NCBI RefSeq assembly: GCF_006345805.1
Contig: NC_042997.1
Coordinates: forward strand, 51,770,001-51,834,000
DNA length: 64,000 nucleotides
Direction of reading: 5' to 3'
Origin: Octopus sinensis
Lineage: Eukaryota
The notes beneath the pieces are model-generated. The model saw nothing but the letters and a program-made list of their open reading frames with translations, was not told the origin of the DNA and did no database searches. This document shows, in pieces, positions 51,301 through 63,600 of the stretch (positions within the stretch are counted from its first letter, which is position 1; every line of letters begins with the position of its first letter). Made by a program: the position numbers and the translations under genes.

Positions 51301-54188
51301 AAAGAAAATAAGAGAGAGAGAGAAAGCCTTGTAGCTAATTATAATTAGCTGTTTGTCATGCCTTGAATTTCATTGAAGCAATTTCAATTATGTCTTTTGC
51401 AACTTTGTGATGGTTTTATTTTGCTTCAGCTGTTTATTTCTTTTTGTTTTTATTTGTGATGCAGTAATTAAACTTACATAAATGTTAGTCTGCTACATGA
51501 GGATTTTCTTATAAGTAAACAGATTAAGCTACTGCAATGACTGTTATTACATTTTCAGATTAGATTAGATGAAAAATTACATATTGAATTAAATCTAATG
51601 ATTTATGTTTACCACTTGCATTGTAATGAATCAACTAATGAGGAACCATTAAACACTATAACACTGAGATTTTTTCTTTTTCTCATTTTATTTTATTGTC
51701 CTAAGCTGTCTAAAATCTACTAGTCTGTCTAAGATTTTTGATATTCAGGACTTGGGAGTTACTTGTCTCTTTGGAAAGGATGCCAGTCTAAATACATATT
51801 CATCTAAGCCAAGCTAGCATGGCTTAGATGAATGTATTATTGCAGCATTGTTTTACAGCCAGATGCTCTTCCTGTCACTAACCCTCACCTTTTTTTTCAA
51901 GACAGAGGTCTTTTAATCCACCTCCTCAAAAGTAAAAGGCCAGCAGATTTGTTGAGAAGGAAGACATCACTGCTTGTAACTTGGTAATTTTTGGAGAAGC
52001 ATAAATGTAAACAACCTGATGCACATGTACACACACATGAACACACACACACACTCTACATATCTACCTGCCTACCTAGCTATATGTCTGTTGTCTATCC
52101 ATCCATACATACATAATCCATGCATGGAAACGATAATCTCCTAATCTATCAAACAACAAACACTGTGGAGGACATTGTACAAATGAACGTTTTGTTTACT
52201 AAGATTGCACAACATATCAACGAGTGTTAAGAAACCCAGGCATGCTTTTGCAATGTACTGTAAGCAAACAATTCTATCAGTGAAGCAGTCCTTTACAATC
52301 AGAAAACAAACATAAGTGAAGATGACAGAAATAGGAACTCTCTCTCTTTCTCTCACACACACACACATATTTGATAGGTTTCTCCAGTCCCACTACCAAA
52401 TCCCCTCAAAGATTTGGTCAGTTGGAGGTTACAGCAGAAGATTTCTTAACCACGCAGCCATGGTTGTGACTATATCTTTGTGCATACACTACTTAGCATT
52501 ATGACTTTAAAAACATATAAATGTTTCAATATATATCGTATCTAATTTGAGTTGAGGTTGGCTGAGTAGAAAATAAAAATTGAAAATACATACACGTGTA
52601 TATAGGTCAAAAGTGAAAAAAGAAAAAATAATGAATATTATTTGAGTAGGTAGAATGTCATTGACAAGGTCAGTGATTTCTACAAAAGAAAATCAAATTC
52701 TAGAAAATAATGAAAGGAACAATACCTCTGTGTGTGTAAAATTGATGTCTATTTTTTGAAACCTCATGTAAGATACAGAAACTAAAGGAAAGAAACATAT
52801 TTTCTTTTATCTTGTTTCAGTCATCAGACTGTGGCCATGCTGGGACACTACCTAGAAGAATTGTAGTCAACTGAATCAACCCCAGTACTTATTTTTTAAG
52901 CTGGATACTTATTTTATAGGACACTTTTGCCAAACTGCTAACTTACAGGGATGTAAGCACACCAACACTTGTTGTCAGGTAGTTATGGGACAAACACACA
53001 TCAGTTTCTTTCAGTTTCCATCTACCAAATTCACTCACAAGGTTTTTATTGGTCCAAGGCTATAGTAGAAGATACTTGCCCAAGGTGCCACACAGTGGGA
53101 CTGAACCCAGAGTCATACAGTTGGGAAGCAAACCTCTTACCAAACAACCATTGAAAATATTTTCAATATATTGACAACTGGTTTAAAAGCTGCACTCTGT
53201 GTGGTCTTTTAAGGTAGCTCCTGTGGAGGGCTAATTGGGCCTGCAGCCCAAAACTGAATAGACTACAATACATCTAAAATGACTATATGCCTCAGTGATG
53301 TTTGATCAGAGATTAAGGACGGATGAGGATTAGTTCTGTAATGCAATCATTCAGTTGTTCCAGTTCCAAGTTGAATACCAGCTGTTGGCCAATTTGTCCC
53401 AAAGTTCTTATCTTGATGTCAAATTAACAAAGCGAATGTCATTTATCTCCCCCTTGATCTCTGATGTCATCTAGCAAATGCCAACCAAAATGGTGTGAAT
53501 TAGCCAAGCTTTACCTACAAGAAGTAGCAACCCAAATGCTTTTAAATCAGATCCCAATACTGGATATTCAAGAACCAAATGAAGGGCAGATTTCCGATCC
53601 TGGGATCATTCTGATTCCAAAAGGTATAATATGCCGATGTAGAGTAAATGTAGACTGAGATCAGGGGTCCCAAACAAACAAATTTTCACTTTTATCATAA
53701 AAGAAAATATGCCAGATTTTTTTTTCTTTCTGTGATATCAAAGCTGGAAAAAGAACCACTTCAATGAAAATCTTCATTGCTACAAAACCCTCAATAATTG
53801 TATAATATTTAGCATTCTCTATCATAATTTTTAGCCTTTAAAAACAGGCACCTCTACAACATAGCAGGAGCTTTTTACTTTTCCAACTTTGGGTTTTCTA
53901 TGGTTTTGCAAGTTACTCAACAACCTCACTAGTACTGGTGGCACAAAAAGCACCCAGTACATACTGTACTGGGGTTGGTGTTTGGAAGGTCATCCAGTCA
54001 TAGAAACCATGCCATTATGTATATTAAATGATGATGATGAGATAGCCCATGCAATAACTAGAATAAATTTTAGAAAGAATAATAAATCTTTGTTGAATTA
54101 ATTTAAATTGAAATTAATTCAATACCTGATAGTGCAAGACACTCATAATGAAAAGTCTACAAAATGAATACTGGTGATACATAAAATA

Positions 54189-55473
54189 CGAGGGGCGTTC
54201 AATAAGTAATGCCCCTGACCCACTTCCCATAGCAGTAGAGCAACGAAACATGGCACAGTTATTAGTCTTTTTCTACATAGGAACGAACCACCCAGAGTTA
54301 CGCATTTCTCCCATCGTTTGATGCAGCTCTGGAGACCGTTTTTGTAGAAGACCCCAACTTGGTCCTCCAACCACGACGTGACTTCAGAAATCAAGGCTGC
54401 ATCATCTGGGAAACGCTTTCCTTTCAAAAACAACTTCATGGCTGGGAAGAGGTGAGAATCAGAGGGTGCAAGGTCAGGAGAGGGGGAGGAGTTCATAGCC
54501 GCACGCCTGTGCTTCTGATCTGGTGACACGCGAGTTGTGGACCGGAAGGTTGTCCTGCAGGAGGAAGATGCTTTGCTGATCTTGCCCCGCCTCTTGATTT
54601 TGATAGCTTCTCTTAATTTCCTCAAAAGTGAAGCATAATAGGCTCCTGTAATTATGGTACCTTTTGCCAGGAAATCTGTCATCACTACTCCGTCCTGGTC
54701 CCAGAAGACTGTGAGCATGACCTTGCCAGTGGAGGGTTGCACCCTTGCCTTCTTTGGAGGGGGTGAGTCACGGTGCTTCCACTGCATTGACTGGGCTTTG
54801 GTCTCTGGATCATAGTGATGGACCCAGGTTTCATCCTGTGTAATCAGACTTTTGAAAAAATTTGACTCATCTTCTTGGCACATCTCCAAATTCATCCTCA
54901 AGCACTCGACGCGTTCTTGCTTCTGGAAAGGTGTGAGCAACCTGGGAATCCATCTGGCAGACAACTTTTGCATATGCAAATGGTCATGAATGATAGTTTC
55001 CACAGACCTGGTACTAATCTTGACCTCATGGGCTATTTGGCGAATAGTTATGCGTCGATCTTCCAAAATGGCAGCCTCAACTTGACAAACAGATACCTCA
55101 TCAATGGCAGAAGGGGGGTGACCAGATCTGGGAGCTGTTTCCACAGAGTTCCGACCATGTTTGAATTCACGATGCCAGCGTTTTACAAGGTCATATGATG
55201 GGGCATCATCACCATAAGTTACTTTCATTTCATCAAAAGTCTCCCGTGGTGTGCGTCCTTTCAAATACAAAAACCGGATCACTGTTCGACACTTAACAGG
55301 CTCCATTTCGCACTTAACTCAGTTCAAACACTTGTAAATCAGAAACCACAATTATTTCAAGGCTGTAATTTATCACTTAATCTGTAGAGATATAAATAAT
55401 TGCACATGCAAAATTTCAGCTGGATCAAACAACTGCAAGTGGGTCAGGGGCATTACTTATTGAACGTCCCTCG
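54189..55473 (-). mobile_element. Mariner copy 2, full length (1285 bp) with frameshifted transposase
   Basis: ~37-bp TIRs at both ends, TA TSDs at 54187-54188 and 55474-55475. Relative to copy 1 it has a 1-bp deletion (~54573), a 10-bp deletion (~54483) and a 4-bp insertion (~54285). Confidence 0.93.
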
Positions 55474-55597
55474 TAAGTTTAGGTTAAAAACAAGAATATA
55501 AACAAAAAAATGAAGATGAATATAATATATATGTATCTAATATACATATATTAACATAAAAATGAATATTAATAGCCCCACCCCTTTCCCAGACAGT

Positions 55598-58263
55598 GTG
55601 TGAGAGAGAATCGTGATGTGGTAGGAGAGAAATGTGTTCGCATGGAGGATGGTTCACTTGCGCTAAATGAGGATGCAAAGAGAGAAGCTTGGAGACGCCA
55701 CTATGAAAGGTTACTGAATGAGGAAAATGAATGGGATAAAGAGAGTCTGCCGAATGTTGACTCTACAGAGGGACCAGCTATCCGAGTTGATAGTTCCGTG
55801 GTAGCTAAGGCAATTAGAAGCATGAAGACAGAGAAAGCCCCAGGCCCATCAGGAATTACTGCAGAGATGCTCAAAATATCTGGCAGTGTCGGCTATAACC
55901 TAGTCACCCGTATAGTCAACCAGGTGATACACGAAGGAGTCATACCCAATGACTGGTGCAGCAGCATACTAGTCAACTGCTACAAAGGTAAAGGTGATGC
56001 CCTAGATACAAATAATTACAGAGGTATCAAGCTGTTGGATCAAGTAATGAAGGTTACGGAGAGGGTCATAGCCCAACTAATTAGAGAGAGAGTTAGTTTA
56101 GATGAGATGCAGTTTGGGTTCGTGCCAGGGAAAAGTACCACTGATGCTATATTCCTGGTAAGGCAGCTGCAGGAGAAATACCTAGCCAAAGATAAGCCCC
56201 TGTACCTGGCTTTCGTTGACATGGAGAAAGCTTTTGATAGGGTCCCCCGATCCCTTATCTGGTGGTCAATGAGGAAACTAGGGATAGATGAATGGCTGGT
56301 GAGGACTGTGCAAGCCATGTACAGAGATGCCGTAAGTAAGGTTAGGGTTGGCAACATGTACACAGAAGAATTCAAAGTAGAGGTTGGGGTCCACCAGGGT
56401 TCAGTACTCAGCCCCCTCCTATTTATCATAGTACTCCAGGCAATTACGGAGGAATTCAAGACAGGCTGTCCCTGGGAGCTCCTCTACGCTGACGACCTTG
56501 CTCTTATTGCTGAGTCACTATCAGAACTGGAGGAGAAGTTCCAGGTGTGGAAGGAGGGTTTAGAATCAAGGGGCCTTAGAGTCAACCTAGCTAAAACCAA
56601 AGTACTAATAAGTAGAAAGGTAGACAATCCACAAATATCTTCAGGAAGATGGCCCTGCTCGATCTGTAGAAAAGGTGTAGGTAGAAACTCTATAAGATGT
56701 ACCCAGTGTAAGCTATGGACACATAAGAGGTGCAGCAATGTCAAAGTCAAAACTGGGAAGATAGTTTTTGTATGTGGCAGATGCTCGGGAGCATTAACCT
56801 CCGAAAATCTGCAGAAAACAACTTCCGTCACTTTCCAGGGGGAAAAACTAGAAGTAGTTGATAGCTTCCGTTATCTAGGTGACCAAGTCAGTAGTGGGGG
56901 TGGGTGCGCTGAAAGTGTAACTGCTAGAATAAGAATAGCCTGGGCAAAGTTTAGGGAGCTCTTACCTCTGCTGGTGACTAAAGGCCTCTCGCTCAGAGTA
57001 AAAGGCAGACTGTATGATGCGTGTGTACGAACAGCCATGCTACATGGCAGCGAAACATGGGCTGTGACTGCTGAGGACATGCGTAAGCTCGTGAGGAATG
57101 AAGCCAGTATGCTCCGATGGATGTGTAATGTCAGTGTACATACTCGACAGAGCGTTAGCACCTTGAGACAAATGTTGTACCTAAGAAGCATCAGTTGTGG
57201 TGTGCAAGAGAGACGATTGCGCTGGTATGGTCATGTGGCGAGAATGGATGAAGATAGGTGTGTGAGAAAGTGCCAATCCCTAGCAGTTGAGGGAACCCGT
57301 GGAAGAGGTAGACCCAGGAAAACCTGGGACGAGGTGGTGAAGCACGACCTTCGAACTTTAGGCCTCACTGAGGAAATGACCAGAGACCGAGACCTTTGGA
57401 AATATTCTGTTCGTGAGAAGACCAGGCAGGACAAGTGAGCCCAGCCCACTTATGAATGCCTTTCCTCCCTTGGACACAAAGACCGGTTGAGGCAAGCGAA
57501 GTCGATATAGAACCTCATCCGACGACAGACACCCATGCCAACCCCCCATGCTTGCGAAGACATGTGGGGCAAGCGAAATCGAAATCGAAACCCAATTGAA
57601 CCAGCCAGGATCCCTGGCCTGGTGGTACGTAAAAAGCACTATCCGACTCGTGGCCGTGGCACGTAAAATACTCCAATGCGACCGTACGACAGGCACCCAT
57701 GCCAACCCCCTTTGCTTGTGAAGACATGTTGGGGCAAGCGAAATCGAAATCGAATTGAACCAGCCAGGATCCCTGGTCTGGTGGTACGTAAAAAGCACTA
57801 TCCGACTCGTGGCCGTGGCACGTAAAATACTCCAATGCGACCGTACGACAGGCACCCTTGCCAACCCCCTTTGCTTGTGAAGACATGTTGGGGCAAGCGA
57901 AATCGAAATCGAATTGAACCAGCCAGGATCCCTGGTCTGGTGGTACGTAAAAAGCACTATCCGACTCGTGGCCGATGCCAGCACCGCCTCGACTGGCTTC
58001 CGTGCCGGTGGCACATAAAATACACCAATCTGACCGTGGCCGTTGCCAGCCCCGCCTGGCACCTGTGCAGGTGGCACGTAAAAAGCACCCACTACACTCA
58101 CGGAGTGGTTGGCGTTAGGAAGGGCATCCAGCTGTAGAAACATTGCCAAATTAGACTGGAGCCTGGTGCAGCCTTCTGGCTTCCCAGAACCCCGGTCGAA
58201 CCGTCCAACCCATGCTAGCATGGAGAACGGACGTTAAACGACGATGATGATGATGATGATGAT
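55598..58263 (+). mobile_element. 5'-truncated RTE-clade LINE (copy A) with open 612-aa RT ORF, 3' UTR and (GAT)n tail
   Basis: QFGFVPGKSTTDAIF, AFVDMEKAFD, GVHQGSVLSPLLF, YADD, RRLRWYGHV and RGRGRPRKTW motifs. ORF 55600-57438; tail gttaaacgacgatgatgat. Confidence 0.93.
57521..57974 (+). repeat. ~2.8 copies of a 159-bp tandem unit in the RTE copy A 3' UTR
   Basis: cgtggccg recurs at 57649, 57808 and 57967 (period 159). Confidence 0.9.
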
Positions 58264-58965
58264 ATATATATATATATACTGGAAAATGTGTGAGTCTTGG
58301 TTTAGTTAGGTATATTTGTAAAAAGAAAAGGAATCACTTCACTGGTAGTTCTAATGAGTTTAATTTACTATTTTTAATTTTTTAATAATATAAATTTTAC
58401 ACTTTAGTTCATAGATCTAGTAAATTCTTTGTTAACTTGGGTGGGGAGATTTTTTACGAAAATTCCTTAACTTTTCTGGAGAACTTTCTCACATTTGTTA
58501 TCAAACAGATCTGAGGGTTTGGGGCTTTGTGATTCTATATATGGGACTTAGGTGTGTTTAGGGTTTGTTAATCAGTGAGGGAATGAAAGAGTAAAGAAAA
58601 TAGTGAATGGTCAAAACAAGATACTTGATTAAGCGTGAAGTTGGGAGGTGGTGGGGTGCTAAAGGAGTGTTTTGTGAAGCCATATGAATAGTTGACCTTT
58701 GGTGAGAAATATAGTCAGGTTAGCTATTCAAAGTGAAGTCATTCTTTTTCTTTTTTCAGAATATATATATATATATATAAGTGTAGGAGTGGCTGTGTGG
58801 AAGTAGCTTGCTTACGAGTCCGGAACCACATGGTTCCGGATTCAGTCCCACTGCGTGGCACCTTGGGAAAGTGTCTTCTACTATAGCCTCAGGCCGACCA
58901 AAGCCTTGTGAGTGGATTTGGTAGACAGAAACTGAAAGAAGCCCGTCGTATATATATATATATAT

Positions 58966-59004
<39 letters not shown>

Positions 59005-59352
59005 ATATGTTTGTGTGTCTATGTTTGTCCCCCCCAACATTGCTTGACAACCAATGCTGGTGTGTTTACGTCCCCGTAACTTAGTGGTTTGGCAAAAGAG
59101 ACCGATAGAATAAGTACTAGGCTTACAAAGAATAAGTCCTGGGGTCGATTTGCTTGACTAAAGGCAGTGCATCAGCATGGCCACAGTCACATGACTGAAA
59201 CAAGTAAAGAGAGTGAAAGCATAATCTCTCTCTATATATAATATTTATTTATTTATTGCCCACAGGGAGTTAAACATATAAATAAAGCCCAATGTTTAAT
59301 CATAAATATTAATGAATCCATATAAATGAAGCACACACTATTTTGCATATCC

Positions 59353-59383
<31 letters not shown>

Positions 59384-59396
59384 GTATGTGTGTGTG

Positions 59397-59434
<38 letters not shown>

Positions 59435-60607
59435 AATGTACTCATATCTGTAGATCATTCATCTTAACAGATACCTGTTTAAGAAGCAATTATTGCAACT
59501 ATAAACACAATCTATTGTTACAAAGAATAATATAAAAATCTAAGGATGAGTAAAACTAGCCTGTTTGGATCACAACTAAAATACAGAATGGAAATATATC
59601 CTTTGATATGTACTACCTTAGGTAGTTGTGAAAGAAGTCTAGTTTGAGTATAGTCTATAGGAGAGATAAATTTAGAAAACAAGTATTAAGAAAATAAAGT
59701 TAATATTATTCCATCAAATTAAGTTGAAAGAAAGAAGATTAAATTTGAGAACACTCTTAACAATCTAAGGGATGAAAGACAATATAGAAGATGCTAAAAA
59801 TGATGTGTGAGCAAAATAAGTGCCTTTGAAAGTTGTGGTAGGATGGATACCTATTTCTTTATTACGCACAAGGGGCTAAACACAGAGGGCACAAACGAGG
59901 ACAGACATAGGTATTAAGTCGATTACATCGACTCCAGTGTGTTACTGGTACTTAATTTATCGACCCCGAAAGGATGAAAGGCAAAGTTGACCTCGGCGGA
60001 ATTTGAACTCACAACATAACGCAGGCGGGATACCTAAGGACATAATATTAATGTCAGCCAGCTAGCCAGTTTCTATCAAACTGTCCAACACATGCTGGCA
60101 TGGAAAACAGACGTTAATTAATGCTGATGAAATATATCTGGAAGTTACAATAAAACTACATTATCTTGTAGTATATTAGCAACTGTTTCAGTGTTACACA
60201 TATCAAAAGACAATGATTGTAAGAAAATAAAGGTACAAACAAAATATAAGAGAAAGACAAAAAATAAAATGCAATTACATCATGGATTAGTCATTTTAGC
60301 AATTTAGAAACACAATTAAGCTGTTAAATTGACATGTTTGTTTGTTTCTTGAGGTGCTAAAATCTTTGTTTTATAACTATCACCTGGTCAATGATAATTT
60401 TTCTACCTCTTGAAATTTAGTTAATGGTAAGCTCTTACAACCATCAGGTGTTTTTTTTTTTCCTTGGTTTAACTTAGGGGTCTATTCTGTTCATATTGAT
60501 TGATCTTGACTACTTGAAATTATTGTTTCTGCCAGTACTTTTTCAGTTTACGATTTGGTACATATCTCATTGCCATCAGCCCAATCCTATATATATATAT
60601 ATATATA

Positions 60608-63600
60608 TCATCATCATCATCATCATCATCGTTTAACGTCCGTTTTCCGCGCTAGCACGGGTTGGACGGTTCGACCGGGGTCTGGGAAGCCAGGGGCCAC
60701 TCCAGGCTCCAGTCTGATTTGGCAGAGTTTCTACGGCTGGATGCCCTTCCTAACGCCAACCACTCCGTGAGTGGATTGGGTGCTTTTTACATGCCACCTG
60801 CACAGGGGCCGGGGGGGTCCAGCATTGGTCGCGATCGGTTCGAGCTTTTAACGTGCCAGCGGCACGGGGGCAACTGGGTCCGGGGTACTTTGAATGGGTA
60901 GGGGGTATGTGGAATTGCTGCAGAAAGCAGCCCGGGTCTTTGCAGTCACAGCATATCTCCAGAGATCTCGGTCTTTCGCCATTGCCTCAGTGAGGCCCAA
61001 TGCTCTGAGGTCATGCTTGACTACCTCATCCCATGTCTTCCTGGGTCTACCTCTCCCCCTGATACCTTCAACTGTTTGGGAGTGGCACTTCTTCACACAT
61101 CTCTCTTCATCCATCCGCAGCACATGACCATACCAACGCAAGCGTCGCTCTTGCACACCACATCTGATGCTTCTTATATCCAGCATTTCTCTTAGGATGC
61201 TTACACTCTGTCTTGCGTGCACACTGACACTACACATCCAGCGGATCATGCTAGCTTCATTTCTTTCAAGTCTATGCATGTCCTCTGCAGTCACTGCCCA
61301 TGTTTCATTACCGTGAAGCATGGCAGTTCGCACACATGCATCATACAATCTACCTTTCGCTCTGAGGGAGAGACCTTTTGTTGCCAGTAGGGGTAGGAGC
61401 TTTCTGAACTTTGCCCAGGCTATTCGTATTCTAGTGGTGATACTCTCTGTGCATCCACCTCCGCTACTAACTTGGTCACCCAGGTAGCGGAAACTATCAA
61501 CTACTTCTAGTTTCTCTCCCTGGAGTGTGATGGAATCTGTTTTCTGAGTGTCTGTTGTGTCTATTGTCCCTGTGCATCTGCTGCACATGAAAGCTATCTT
61601 ATCTGTTAATTTCCCTTTAATGTTGCTGGACCTCTTATGTGTCCATAACTTACATTGGGTGCATCTTATGGAGTTTCTACCTGTACCTTTCCTACAGATT
61701 GAGCAGGGCCACCTACCCGAGGGTGTGTGTGCTGAGTACCTCTTGCTGCTTACTAATACTTTGGTCTTTGCTACATTTATTCTAAGGCCCTTTGATTCCA
61801 ACCCTTGCTTCCACACCCGAAATTTCTCTTCTAGTTCCGGTAGTGATTCTGCTATGAGAGCTAGGTCATCGGCATAGAGGAGCTCCCAGGGGCATCCCGT
61901 TTTGAATTCCTCTGTTATTGCCTGAAGGACTATGATGAATAAAAGGGGGCTGAGCCCTGGTGCACACCTACTTCTACCCGGAATTCTTCACTATATTCGT
62001 TGCCAATCCTAACCTTGCTGACAGCCTCTCTGTATAGAGCCTGTACAGCCCTTATTAGCCATTCTTCAATCTCCAGTTTCCGCATCGACCACCAGATGAG
62101 GGAACGGGGAACCCTGTCAAAAGGCTTTCTCCAAGTCTACAAAAGCTATGTAGAGGGGTTTATCTTTAGCTAGGTACTTCTCCTGCAGTTGTCGGACCAG
62201 GAATATAGCATCAGTGGTGCTTCTACCTGGTACAAAAACGAACTGCATTTCATCTAAACAAATTCTCTCCCTAATGAGATGGGTTATGACCTTCTCTGAG
62301 ACCTTCATCACCTGGTCCAACAGTTTGATACCTCTGTAGTTATTTCTATCTAAAGCATCACACTTACCCTTGTAGCAGTTGACTATGGTGGTGCTGCACC
62401 AGTCATTGGGTATGACTCCATTGTGAACTACCTGGTTTACAATGCGGGTGACTATGGTATAGCCCACATAGCCAGCTGTTTTAAGCATCTCAGCAGTGAT
62501 TCCTGATAGGCCAGGGGCTTTGCCTGGTTTCATATCCTTAATTGCCTTATCTACAAGGGAGCTGTCTATTCGGGTAGCTGGTCCCTCTACTGGGTCAACA
62601 TTTGGCAGGCTCTCCTCCTCCCATTCATTCTCCTCATTCAGCAGTCTTTCATAATGGCTTCTCCAAGCCTCTTTCTTTTCACTAGCAGTAAAAGCAAGTG
62701 CCCCATCATCCATGCGGACACATTTCTCTCCTATAACATCACTATTTTCTCTGACACACTGTCTGGCAATCCGAAATACTTCAGCTCTTTGATCCTCGCG
62801 TCGCTGGACATTGGCAAACTTCTTCTTTTCTGCTACGTCTTTGGCTATGTATACCTGCCGCCCAGCCTCCCTTTTGGCTATCTGGTACAGTTCCCTGCTT
62901 CCCCCATCCTTCCAGGCTTTCCAGGCCCGTCTCTTTTTACAGATGGCTTTATCTACTGCACTATTCCACCACCACGTAATTCTAGGTCTGGAAGGGACTT
63001 TGCACCATCCACAGACTCGGTCTGTGGCACTCAGCAAGCTGTCCCGTAGGAATTCCCAGCTACCTTCTATGTCTGACATCTGAAGCTCCTCCTCCCTCTC
63101 ATCAAATTTCTTGATGTGTATGTCCCTAAATTTCTGACCATGTGAAGGGTTCTTTAGCCTCCAAATCCTTCTTTTCTGGATTGGTTTGTTTCTTGGAGTC
63201 CTTCTGGCCTCAAGCTTAAAGTCACTGATGATTAGTCTATGCTGAGGGATACATTCTTCACCTGGGAGGGTCTTTGTATTCAAGAGCAACCCTGCATCCC
63301 GCTGTCTGGTGAGGATGAAGTCTATTTGGCTAGCGGAGTCTCCTGACTGATAAGTTATAAGGTGGCAGACTGGCTTCTTGAAGTTAGTGTTGCAGATTGA
63401 AAGGTTACATGCATCACAGAATTCCAGCAGTCTAGTTCCCTCATCATTTCTGGTGCCAATACCATAGCCACCATGTACCCCAGTGAAGATACCCGATTCC
63501 CGCCCAACATGCCCATTAAAATCTCCACCTACAAAGATGAGGTCCTTGCTACTAGTCTTTGAAGTAGCCTGCAGAAGGCTATCATAAAAGTTGTCCTTCT

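Noticed and set aside
53290-53660. Possible USP32 exon 2 or L1/Tx1-like fragment
   Set aside because: No frame resembles the expected USP32 sequence, and the L1/Tx1 similarity is too weak to call.
57521-57974. Regularly spaced repeats resembling a CRISPR array
   Set aside because: Whole-unit tandem duplications with no unique spacers, inside a LINE 3' UTR in a eukaryotic genome.
60860-60906. G-run cluster (possible G-quadruplex)
   Set aside because: It is the antisense of LINE 3' UTR sequence, includes a long loop, and nothing suggests function.
56040-63083. Antisense ORFs within the RTE copies and the 287-aa ORF over the 3' UTR
   Set aside because: Shadows of the RT frame or of the 159-bp (53-codon) tandem unit.
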